Shown here: piece after piece, positions 10,060-19,034 of the stretch
Position numbering within the stretch: position 1 is the first letter of the stretch
Layout: each line of letters starts with the position of its first letter
Source of the DNA: Gammaproteobacteria bacterium
GTDB lineage: Bacteria; Pseudomonadota; Gammaproteobacteria; Steroidobacterales; UBA11654
NCBI GenBank assembly: GCA_029941465.1
Contig: JAPYQN010000003.1
Coordinates: 4,513-68,512 of the forward strand
Reading direction: 5' to 3'
Length of the DNA stretch: 64,000 nt
Notes under the pieces: generated by a model
Databases searched by the model: none
What the model was told of the DNA's origin: nothing
What the model saw: only the letters and a program-made list of their open reading frames with translations
Translations under genes and position numbers: made by a program

Positions 10060-10569
10060 TTAGGCAAAAATATTGATACTAATGACTCTGTACCTTAGTA
10101 AATGATAGATTCTAAATAATAGAATGAAGAAGATCAGGATGAGATAAAAAAAGGCAAAAACACTATGCAGATAACCAGACGTTACCCAAAGAGAATGATT
10201 AACTGAGTCGGCGCCTGGTAGAAACTGAATTAACCCATCTGACCACGCTGTAAAAATTCCTGAGAGCCCTTGTGCAATGAATGATATATAGAGCATGAAT
10301 TGAAGAATATGAATTTGAGTGTAGGCCTGATCAGGGAGTAATCGCTGAGTATTTTGTGGAGGGAAATACAGCCATAGGTAAACCCGAATGAAGCTAAACA
10401 CAAGTAACAGTGATCCTATAACCAAATGGAAGCTCCTTAAGATTTCACGTTCTGGTGACTCTGTCGGGATTCTGGGTGTTTCAGACATATTCAAGAAAAC
10501 TATCACAAAAAGGATAAAGACCAACCAACTGGTTAGAGAAGATAAACGTTGTGTAAATTGATTATCCAT
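10060..10569 (-). CDS. cytochrome b561-like four-helix membrane protein
   Basis: 169 aa with four TM helices carrying His residues (FHLV, IHIL, NHSL, YLHSV). Sits 5 nt upstream of the cytochrome c gene. Confidence 0.45.
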   Translation of the reverse strand: MDNQFTQRLSSLTSWLVFILFVIVFLNMSETPRIPTESPEREILRSFHLVIGSLLLVFSFIRVYLWLYFPPQNTQRLLPDQAYTQIHILQFMLYISFIAQGLSGIFTAWSDGLIQFLPGADSVNHSLWVTSGYLHSVFAFFYLILIFFILLFRIYHLLRYRVISINIFA

Positions 10570-10577
10570 ATGAAATC

Positions 10578-11360
10578 CTAGATCTTATTTATAAAGCCTT
10601 TAAATTTATTTGCAATGGATTCAGTGTCTAAATCCAATTCTAGATTTTTACCCAGAATTACTTGTGTTTGTGAGTCCGGATTAATTTCTTTTGCACGATT
10701 GAAAAAGGGGTACATCACATCGTCTTTTGCGCACATTATTAAACACGGTTGTTGTATTTTTTTATAAGCATCAATGTCAGAGTATTCCCAAACCGCATGA
10801 TGTATTTGTTCTGCAGAATGATGTGCTCCCAATGCATCCAAAGTTTCTCTTTGCCTAAGATCTAAATCATTTTTTGCACCAAGAATTTCCCCTGCTAGAT
10901 GCCAGGCTTTTTTAAGATGAGAACCATCCTTTGTTGGGCTCCAATTAGAACTGATATTTTTTTTCATTTTCATTTTTTCCTCTGCTGTTGCTAGAAAAGG
11001 TCCCACCAGTGTTAATGATTTGACTGATCGTTCTTCCATGAGTGAGATCTGCATGGCTATTGAAGCTCCAGTGTGATGGCCAAATAAATGATAATGATTA
11101 ATTTCAAGAGAATTTATTGCCTCAATTAACCAAGATGAGTAGTCCTTAATCATGGGCTGGCCTAGAGGATTAAAGCTATGACCAAACCCAGGAGTGTCAA
11201 TAGCTACTGCATTCATTCCTTCTAAGGAATGCATTAACTTTTCAAACATTAATGAAGAACTTGGTGTTTGATGCAAGAAAACAATTGGAGTGCCTTGTCC
11301 TTCAATATATCTATAATGACATTGCCCACCTGATGTATCGACATAACCTTTTCTTATCAT
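10578..11360 (-). CDS. alpha/beta-hydrolase fold protein
   Basis: 260 aa with oxyanion region VFLHQTPSSS and DTPGFGHS. The nucleophile elbow reads FGHHTGAS rather than GxSxG (see findings). Confidence 0.65.
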   Translation of the reverse strand: MIRKGYVDTSGGQCHYRYIEGQGTPIVFLHQTPSSSLMFEKLMHSLEGMNAVAIDTPGFGHSFNPLGQPMIKDYSSWLIEAINSLEINHYHLFGHHTGASIAMQISLMEERSVKSLTLVGPFLATAEEKMKMKKNISSNWSPTKDGSHLKKAWHLAGEILGAKNDLDLRQRETLDALGAHHSAEQIHHAVWEYSDIDAYKKIQQPCLIMCAKDDVMYPFFNRAKEINPDSQTQVILGKNLELDLDTESIANKFKGFINKI

Positions 11361-12664
11361 TAAATCGTCTCTTTGTTGGCACCAAAGTATTCACCCGGTG
11401 ATTTAATTCTTACAAAAATAGCACCAAAGAAGATTATTGCATGTATAAAGCAGATAAGTAGGAACGGCCCTTTTGGACCAAAACTATCAAATAATACACC
11501 ACCTACTGAAGTTGCAACCAGTATCCCGCAAGCGCCAAAGAATGCGCTGACACCAATTACACTTCCTCTTTCTCTTACTGGAGCTTCTTGCCCAATTAAA
11601 CTAGCCGTAGCGATCACTGTCCCAATGGCACTGGCAGAGATTAGTATAAAAATCGGTAAATTAGAATAATTCAGTGGTGTATCAACAAAAACTATTGATC
11701 CATAAGCTATGACTCCAAGCCCCATTGCAATTACCATTGCCGTTACTCTGTTGATTCGATCGATAATTGATCCAAAAAGAAAAGCCCAGACAATACTCAG
11801 AAGATTTGTGATCACGATCACAGGCACAATTTGTTTAAATGCTTCACCTGTAGAGATTCCTAAATCAATCGCACTGGTTACTGCCCACAGCGAAATGAAA
11901 ATCCCATTAACTGAAACATCAGCACGAGCTAAAAGTGTTGCTGCGAAAGCCAGAGAAATCCTAGGGTTCCTCATGGATTTTATGGCTGTAGCCATTAGAT
12001 GTTTAAAGCCTGGTTTTTCTTTTTGATTTTCTACTGTGCCTCCTTTTAATCCACCTGCAAATATCAGGCCAGATAAAAATGCAACACTAGCAACAAACAA
12101 CATCGTAAAACGGCCTGCAGTTATAGGGTCATAGCCTAAATTAGTGAAAACTGTTGGTAGTCTTCCTAGAAACGCAGCAAAGATTGCAACCCCAAGTGCA
12201 TTAAGGACTGAATGAAGACTTACAAATTTCCCTCTTGATTGTTCAGTTGGATAATCGTTTACAATAATAGCCAATACTGAGGAGAGTGCAGCAGCACCTA
12301 TTGCAAAAATAGATCTGTAGATGTACAACTCATTAATATTTGCTGCATAAGGAAACAATGCAAAGCCCAATGCCACTACCATTGTTCCAAAAACCATTAC
12401 TGGCCTTCGACCAATCCGATCAGATAAAATGCCAAAGAAAGACACTAAAATTATGGCAATAATTTCTTGCATAAAAGCAAGGCTTCCACTAATGGTACCT
12501 TGTTCAGATCTTGGTATTTCTAGAACTACGCTGAGTATGTATGGCTGAATAAAATTCAATCCAGCCAGAATACCAATACAAATAATGCAAGCATAAAGGT
12601 AAGTGACGGCATTAAATCTAGATATACCTTCAGACAATTTTATCGGACCAATTCTTGCTTCCAC
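11360..12664 (-). CDS. MFS transporter
   Basis: 434 aa, 12 hydrophobic helices, LSDRIGRRP loop. Its stop overlaps the hydrolase start by 1 nt (TAATG). Confidence 0.75.
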   Translation of the reverse strand: MEARIGPIKLSEGISRFNAVTYLYACIICIGILAGLNFIQPYILSVVLEIPRSEQGTISGSLAFMQEIIAIILVSFFGILSDRIGRRPVMVFGTMVVALGFALFPYAANINELYIYRSIFAIGAAALSSVLAIIVNDYPTEQSRGKFVSLHSVLNALGVAIFAAFLGRLPTVFTNLGYDPITAGRFTMLFVASVAFLSGLIFAGGLKGGTVENQKEKPGFKHLMATAIKSMRNPRISLAFAATLLARADVSVNGIFISLWAVTSAIDLGISTGEAFKQIVPVIVITNLLSIVWAFLFGSIIDRINRVTAMVIAMGLGVIAYGSIVFVDTPLNYSNLPIFILISASAIGTVIATASLIGQEAPVRERGSVIGVSAFFGACGILVATSVGGVLFDSFGPKGPFLLICFIHAIIFFGAIFVRIKSPGEYFGANKETI

Positions 12665-12750
12665 ACTGCCTCCTTGACTGAATTATTGTTATCTTTTTTT
12701 GATTTTATGAAGTTATAATAACTAACTAATTTTAACAATGTATAAAAATT

Positions 12751-13503
12751 ATGGCTAATAGATTGGAAGGTAAAGTTGCTCTTATAACTGGTGGAGCTTC
12801 AGGTTTTGGTAAGAGAACTGCAGAAATGTTCAAGGCCGAAGGAGCAGTTGTTTATATCTCAGATATTAATCAGCAGGGTGGCGAAATAGTGGCAGAGGAA
12901 TTTGATCTAAATTTCTTACACCATGATGTCACCAACACAGCAGACTGGGAAAAAGTTGTAGACGATATCCAAGGCGCTGAAGGAAAATTAAATATACTGG
13001 TAAATAATGCTGGTATCGGCTTCATGGGAGATGTTGAGGCAACAACTGTTGAAGAATGGGATTTGGTTCATAAGGTTGATTTAGACTCTGTGTTTTATGG
13101 CTGTAAATATGCAATACCGCTTATGAGAGATTCTGGGAATGGCTCTATAGTCAATGTTTCTTCTATAGCTGGAATAGTCGCAGGACATAATTTTGCTGCT
13201 TATAACAGCGCTAAAGCAGCAGTCAGGCACCTTTCAAAATCTGTTGCCCTTCACTGTGCGAGAACAACAAACTTAGTGAGATGTAATAGCATTCATCCAG
13301 TGTTTGCTAAAACTGAAATGATGAAATCTTTTTTTGCAAACCCTAGTGATGAGTTAGTCCAAAAACTAGAAAAACAAATCCCAGCAAGAAGCCTGGCTGA
13401 TGTAGAAGATGTTGCTAATGCAATCTTATTTCTTGCATCTGATGAGTCAAAATTAATCACTGGAAGTGAGTTAGTTATTGATGGGGGCTTATCTGCCCAA
13501 TAG
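12751..13503 (+). CDS. short-chain dehydrogenase/reductase (classical SDR)
   Basis: TGGASGFG cofactor motif, NNAG, catalytic S...YxxxK (YNSAK). Confidence 0.85.
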   Translation: MANRLEGKVALITGGASGFGKRTAEMFKAEGAVVYISDINQQGGEIVAEEFDLNFLHHDVTNTADWEKVVDDIQGAEGKLNILVNNAGIGFMGDVEATTVEEWDLVHKVDLDSVFYGCKYAIPLMRDSGNGSIVNVSSIAGIVAGHNFAAYNSAKAAVRHLSKSVALHCARTTNLVRCNSIHPVFAKTEMMKSFFANPSDELVQKLEKQIPARSLADVEDVANAILFLASDESKLITGSELVIDGGLSAQ

Positions 13504-13523
13504 AATCCTCTATGAAGGGTATT

Positions 13524-14645
13524 TTATTTCCCTTTAATCAATGGAATAGGGTCTAGAACCCAGTTTTTTTCAGTTTTCCTGTCAGGACAAGGAATTGAAA
13601 AGGCGGTGTTATGTTGCTTATCTTTTAGTTCTTTTGTGTCTATCTTATAGCCCTTATTTTTGAAGTCTTCCAATGTGCTTCGGTATTTTCCAATGATAAG
13701 GTCTGCTGGCACTAATGTTTCTTTTGTTGACACAGGTGGAGTCACTGTAGGTCTAAGATCGTTCATAACAACAATGTCTTCGTTTGCAATAGCCATGTTT
13801 CTTTCCATGATCATTGAATCCATGTTTTCATCCATTAGCCAGTTTCGCATGTTGACAAAAAAGATTTTGGTTTGAAATTGATTGATGGGTTGTTCAAAAA
13901 AATATTGATGGAACCAATTGATATCTTGTTTAGTGTGAATTTGAGTAATTAATGTATTTGGGCCATGGTATCCACCAAAAACAGTTAAGTCTCCCGATTC
14001 TTGTCTTGCCTCATCTCCATAGATCTCTTTGTCTAAAGGTGGGGCATCAAATAGTTGAGCAAAATTTGCTCCCCAGTCGGTATCAGTTATTTGTGTTGGG
14101 TTAACTTTATAGTCATTCTTTGCGCCCTCAAATCCATGGGTTGGGTGAATAAACTCATTATGAGCAGGGTCTAGCCCATTTTCAACGGATCGCTCATAGT
14201 TATAGTTAATATCTATAGTTATAGTTTTATTTGCCCGCCAACCTTCTGCTGTGTATTCTTCAATTTCATAAAGAGGAGGGCGATCTTTTTCAGACAGATC
14301 TCCTAGGAAAGCAAAAACAATGCCGTATTTATCTTCCACAGGGTAGCTATCGACTTTAGCTCTTGCTGGAATTTTACTGTCATTGCCTAAAGAGGGAATC
14401 TGTGTGCATTTCCCTGATCCATTGTATCGCCAGCCATGATATGGACAAGCAATGGTGTTGTCTTCTTGATGACAGAGACCGCCCGCAAGAGACCCACCAC
14501 GATGAACACACACATCGCTTAAACAGTGCGCGTCTCCATTACTGTCTCTAAAGGCAACAAAATCAAGACCAAGAATGGTGACCTTGACAGGCTTGTCTTG
14601 GAGTTCGTCACTTAAACAAACAGGGTACCAGAAATTAATATACAT
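13524..14645 (-). CDS. Rieske [2Fe-2S] non-haem-iron oxygenase, alpha-subunit type
   Basis: CVHRGGSL ... CPYHGW Rieske motif and a mononuclear iron motif NGLDPAHNEFIHPTH. Tandem paralogue of the upstream gene. Confidence 0.85.
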   Translation of the reverse strand: MYINFWYPVCLSDELQDKPVKVTILGLDFVAFRDSNGDAHCLSDVCVHRGGSLAGGLCHQEDNTIACPYHGWRYNGSGKCTQIPSLGNDSKIPARAKVDSYPVEDKYGIVFAFLGDLSEKDRPPLYEIEEYTAEGWRANKTITIDINYNYERSVENGLDPAHNEFIHPTHGFEGAKNDYKVNPTQITDTDWGANFAQLFDAPPLDKEIYGDEARQESGDLTVFGGYHGPNTLITQIHTKQDINWFHQYFFEQPINQFQTKIFFVNMRNWLMDENMDSMIMERNMAIANEDIVVMNDLRPTVTPPVSTKETLVPADLIIGKYRSTLEDFKNKGYKIDTKELKDKQHNTAFSIPCPDRKTEKNWVLDPIPLIKGK

Positions 14646-14708
14646 ACTTTTTATCGTCCTTTAATTAGATTATATGTCTATACAGTCAAGCTATGAAGTA
14701 GTTTTCTT

Positions 14709-15818
14709 TTAAGGCTTTAATATTGGAATAGGGTCTACCACCCAGCCTTTGGTTTTTCGTCGACCTGGGCTGGGTACAGCATAAGCATGACTCATTCTAG
14801 TTCGGCTCACTTCATCGATGTTAATTCTCCAACCGTTTTGTTGCCACTCATCAAGTAAATCTCTGTATCGTTTTATTGGACGATCCATGGTTACAAAAAA
14901 TTCATTTTTTATGGTTTCCGGAGTTAATCTCGGGTGTAGATTTATTAGAACATCACGGTCTTGAAAGGCCACAACCTGATTGCGTTCCATCACTCTCTCA
15001 TCATGCTCTGGTTCTATTAAAAAGTTTCTGGTGTTAATAAGGAACAAATTAGTATGTGTTTCATCAATGGGTGTTTCATACATGTACTGATGAATAAAAA
15101 TATCTGGGGTTGGATGGATATGTGTCCATAGCATTGATATTCCGTGGTGCCCAGTGCCTGCTTCAATCACGGCATTCTCATCTCTCCCTGAAGCTTCTCT
15201 CATGGTTTTTTCTTTGAGTGGAGGGGCATACATTTGACTAAAGAATCCAGTACCCCATTTTGTGTTTTTGATATCAATTGAGGGAGATTTGTAATCATCT
15301 TCTTCACCTGAAAATCCATGGGTAGGGTGAACAAACTCATTATGTGCACCGTCAATCCCATTTTCTATGGAACGCTTATAATCGATATTAAATTGAAAAT
15401 ATTGAGTTGTGGTTCTCCAGCCTTCTTGTTTATATTCACTTACTTTCATAATTGGACATCGTTCTTTTTCAGGTAAATCACCAAGAAAACAGAACACTAG
15501 GCCGTACAATTCTTTTGTGGGATAAGAGTCCACTTTAACTCGTGAAGGAATTTTTGTACCTTTGTCCAACGAAGGAATCTTTTGACATTTGCCTTTTCCG
15601 TTAAATTGCCAGCCATGGTAAGGGCATTGAATGCAATCTTTAACAATTTTTCCGCCTGATAGAGAACCGCCTCGATGAACGCAAACATCACTTAAGCAAT
15701 GTACTTTACCTTTGGTGTCTCTAAACAGAACAAAATTTTGACCCAGCATTTTTTTCTTAACTGGTGACTCAGTGATGTTTTGGCTTTGATCTGCCACATA
15801 CCAGAAATTGATATACAT
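14709..15818 (-). CDS. Rieske [2Fe-2S] non-haem-iron oxygenase, alpha-subunit type
   Basis: Same motifs (CVHRGGSL, CPYHGW, NGIDGAHNEFVHPTH). Both paralogues begin MYINFWY. Confidence 0.85.
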   Translation of the reverse strand: MYINFWYVADQSQNITESPVKKKMLGQNFVLFRDTKGKVHCLSDVCVHRGGSLSGGKIVKDCIQCPYHGWQFNGKGKCQKIPSLDKGTKIPSRVKVDSYPTKELYGLVFCFLGDLPEKERCPIMKVSEYKQEGWRTTTQYFQFNIDYKRSIENGIDGAHNEFVHPTHGFSGEEDDYKSPSIDIKNTKWGTGFFSQMYAPPLKEKTMREASGRDENAVIEAGTGHHGISMLWTHIHPTPDIFIHQYMYETPIDETHTNLFLINTRNFLIEPEHDERVMERNQVVAFQDRDVLINLHPRLTPETIKNEFFVTMDRPIKRYRDLLDEWQQNGWRINIDEVSRTRMSHAYAVPSPGRRKTKGWVVDPIPILKP

Positions 15819-16717
15819 TAGTCCTGCTGTCGTTGCTCTTCACTGAGCCTTTGTTTTTCTCCCTCAGGCGTAATGACAGCAATAAGAATCCCTAATGAGA
15901 TTGCGCCAAAGATCATTAATAACTCAGATAAGTATTCTTTTGGATAAACCCAGAACTCAACCAAGAGTCCCCATCTACCTATAATTTCATATGAACTATA
16001 AGCAATAATAGCAGTGGGTATTGCGTATCTAATTGCTCGAGTTACATTCCAAAATTTACTTAACCTGAACATCAAAAAAAGCGCCCAAACGGTGTTCAGA
16101 AAGAAGAATATGTAAGTTAAGGGATGCTGATCTCCCACAAAAGCATCCTCATAGAGTAGTAACAAGACAATATAAAAGAACCAGATGACATAAACCGTCT
16201 CCATCGCAGTAATGGCTGCATAATTTCTTTTATAACCCGCTGTTGGTCTGCCCGTCGATAATTTGAGATTTCTTTGAAACCAGCGAAAGAAGTTACATTT
16301 TGTTTCTCGATTGAAGAAAAAATATAAAAGACTAACCATTAATACACCAATGGACGATTGCATAACTAAATATTCTGGGTAGGGGTTGAGTCTTCCGTCA
16401 GGGAGGATTTGTTCAACGTTGAGGTATTCAGCATAAAAAACGAAGGAAAATTCAATCCAGCCAGTCCATAAGCAAAAACCAGCAAAATAGCCTAACCATG
16501 TTGCCGGGACTTCATTCTCATTTTTCATTCCAATAAAAAGTAGCAAAGCACCAATAAGCCCTAGGATAAAAGCCGCTTGATATTGATAACCTGATCCAAA
16601 GAATTGCTCGACCAATACCATTAAGGTATGCCCTAACCCTTGGGTAATAAAAACCACAATAAATGCGAGCAAACCGACCAGAGGTGGTTTATAAAATAAT
16701 CTTCTCAGCGATACCAT
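15818..16717 (-). CDS. polytopic membrane protein, unknown family
   Basis: 299 aa with about 8 hydrophobic helices. Its stop overlaps the Rieske start (TAATG at 15816-15820). No family recognised. Confidence 0.6.
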   Translation of the reverse strand: MVSLRRLFYKPPLVGLLAFIVVFITQGLGHTLMVLVEQFFGSGYQYQAAFILGLIGALLLFIGMKNENEVPATWLGYFAGFCLWTGWIEFSFVFYAEYLNVEQILPDGRLNPYPEYLVMQSSIGVLMVSLLYFFFNRETKCNFFRWFQRNLKLSTGRPTAGYKRNYAAITAMETVYVIWFFYIVLLLLYEDAFVGDQHPLTYIFFFLNTVWALFLMFRLSKFWNVTRAIRYAIPTAIIAYSSYEIIGRWGLLVEFWVYPKEYLSELLMIFGAISLGILIAVITPEGEKQRLSEEQRQQD

Positions 16718-16719
16718 AA

Positions 16720-17901
16720 CTAAACTATAACACTCCCTGGGTCATAATGAAAAAGCCCTAATTCCTCTTCATTCTTGTGATCTTCTTTTGAATATTTATC
16801 CGGATCACTGCCTGTAAATCTTTGCCCAGCTTTTTTTGAGTGTTCAGTTACAAAATGGGCTCGCTCTATCCTTGAGGACTCGTATCTTGAAATTATTTCT
16901 TTGGTACTGGAAGCCGTTTCGATAATCCTTCCAAGAACCACGCCATCCTCTATTGCAAGACTAGCACCTTGACCCATAAAAGGTTCAATAGGATGAGCGG
17001 CATCACCTAAAAGTGTTACTTTATCACTCGACCATTTGGATACCGGTTCTCTTGTGAAAATACCCCATTTAAAGAGCTCTTCTGGTGGTGTTGCAGAGAT
17101 AATATTTTTAACTTGTTGGTTATAATCTGAAAAAATATCGAGAACAATATCCACTTCAGATGGAATAGACCAGCCTTCTTCTGCCCATTGGTCGGTTGCA
17201 AGAAAGGCCACATAATTATACAACTCACTATTACGAACCAGGTATCTTGCAAAGACCCTTCCAGGGGCTATGAAAGCTGATGATCCGCATTCATCAAAAT
17301 CAGTCTTACTTAGATCTTTGGTCGGGACCAGTCCACGCCAAGCCACGTAACCAGCAAATTTTGGGTCATCATCACCAATTATTATTTTTCTAACTGCCGA
17401 TCGATTACCGTCTGCCCCAATTACAAAATCAAATTCATGCATCTGACCGTTACTGAAAATTAACTCCACAGTATCAGCCTTTTCTTTAAGGTCAGTGAGT
17501 TGATGGTCCACATATATTGAATCAGCATGATTTAACTTAAACTTATCAATTAATACATTATGAACATCTGCTCTATGGGCTTGGAACTGATAGGCACCGT
17601 ATTTTTCTAGCATTTTTTCACCACGCTCAAGTGGCACAATCATGTCTCCTGTTTTGAAATGTCTTACACCTTGTTTTGTATGAGCCATGCCCACTTTTTT
17701 CATTTCTTGATCTAAGCCAAGATGAATTAAGCCTTTGGTTGCATTTGGTGTAATGGTTATTCCAGCTCCCACTTCACTCAGTTCAGGAGCTTGTTCAAAA
17801 ACACTGACTTGAATATCTTTTTGAGCTAAGGTCACAGCAGCAGTCATGCCGCCAATGCCAGCACCTATAATCGCTATTCTTTTTTCTTTCAAATTGAGCA
17901 C
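16720..17901 (-). CDS. FAD-dependent aromatic-type monooxygenase (salicylate hydroxylase-like)
   Basis: GAGIGG dinucleotide fold at the N-terminus, DG..S motif (GADGNRSAVR), GDAAHP motif. Confidence 0.85.
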   Translation of the reverse strand: MLNLKEKRIAIIGAGIGGMTAAVTLAQKDIQVSVFEQAPELSEVGAGITITPNATKGLIHLGLDQEMKKVGMAHTKQGVRHFKTGDMIVPLERGEKMLEKYGAYQFQAHRADVHNVLIDKFKLNHADSIYVDHQLTDLKEKADTVELIFSNGQMHEFDFVIGADGNRSAVRKIIIGDDDPKFAGYVAWRGLVPTKDLSKTDFDECGSSAFIAPGRVFARYLVRNSELYNYVAFLATDQWAEEGWSIPSEVDIVLDIFSDYNQQVKNIISATPPEELFKWGIFTREPVSKWSSDKVTLLGDAAHPIEPFMGQGASLAIEDGVVLGRIIETASSTKEIISRYESSRIERAHFVTEHSKKAGQRFTGSDPDKYSKEDHKNEEELGLFHYDPGSVIV

Positions 17902-18059
17902 CTAAGGACTATTCGATTGAATGATATTACTATTTAGAATCTTCTATTTCCATTGTTACAAAAAGTTACTGTGAGATTAGCTATTAAATAGTGTTTATTT
18001 TTGTTTTTCATCCCTTATAAGTCATAATGGCTGGAAATTTGAGTTTTATTGGAGAGCAA

Positions 18060-19034
18060 ATGACTCAGTTAATGTATATTTTTCCTGGTCAGGGATCACA
18101 ATATAAAGGAATTGGTAAAGATTTATATGAAAGCTATAAGTCGGCAAGAAACATTTACCATCAAGCCAGTGAACTCTTAGGCTACGATCTAGTCGAATTG
18201 TCTTTCAGTGATCAGAAAGAGCAAATTAGCCTTACACGTTACACACAACCAGTGCTTTTTACTCATCAAATAGCTTGCTTGAAGGTTTTTAATGAGTTGA
18301 CTGACAATCAATACACACCTGGTTTGTTAGCTGGACACAGTTTAGGGGAATACACTGCATTAGTAGCAGCAGGAAGTATTAGCTTCGAAGATGGACTTGA
18401 GCTTGTCAACAAAAGGGGTGAATTGATGGGTAATTTTGGGTCAGGATCAATGCTTGCTTTACCTTTCAATCAAGTTGAAAGTGCTGCACTTGCTGAAGAC
18501 TTCGGGTGTCAGGTGGCTACCATCAATTTACAACAACAAACAGTAATTGGTGGAACTGAGTCCAATATTGATCAATTGCAAGAACATATCTTGACACTTC
18601 ATCCTAAAAAAAGAACAGTTAAACTTGATACAGAAGGTGCATTTCATACTGATTTAATGAAGGGCGCAGCAGATGAATTTAAAACAATGCTTGATAGGAC
18701 TCATTTTGGATCATTGAGTGCGCCCGTATTATCAAATTATTCAGCTGATATTCATCAACAAGACGGTAGCTCCACTGCAGATCTTCTCTATCAACAGTTA
18801 TACAAACCAGTTAATTGGTTAGGGTGTATGCAGACCTCATTGATTTATCAAATTGATACCATTATTGAATTTGGTGGGGGGATTGGCAAAGGTGATAAGC
18901 CAGAGGAGAAGAGGCCAAATTTAGAAGCAATGACCAAGAGAAATTTCAGAAGTTTTGAACATCAGATCAATTATTACTCGTCAATCAATGCATCCACTTT
19001 GACTGCAACAGCTAACTCTCTACTTAATTTATGA
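18060..19034 (+). CDS. ACP S-malonyltransferase-like acyltransferase with C-terminal extension
   Basis: FPGQGSQ, GHSLGEYTA and GAFHT motifs of FabD/trans-AT enzymes. Start placed at ATG 18060, preceded by GGAGAG. Not located in a fab cluster. Confidence 0.8.
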   Translation: MTQLMYIFPGQGSQYKGIGKDLYESYKSARNIYHQASELLGYDLVELSFSDQKEQISLTRYTQPVLFTHQIACLKVFNELTDNQYTPGLLAGHSLGEYTALVAAGSISFEDGLELVNKRGELMGNFGSGSMLALPFNQVESAALAEDFGCQVATINLQQQTVIGGTESNIDQLQEHILTLHPKKRTVKLDTEGAFHTDLMKGAADEFKTMLDRTHFGSLSAPVLSNYSADIHQQDGSSTADLLYQQLYKPVNWLGCMQTSLIYQIDTIIEFGGGIGKGDKPEEKRPNLEAMTKRNFRSFEHQINYYSSINASTLTATANSLLNL

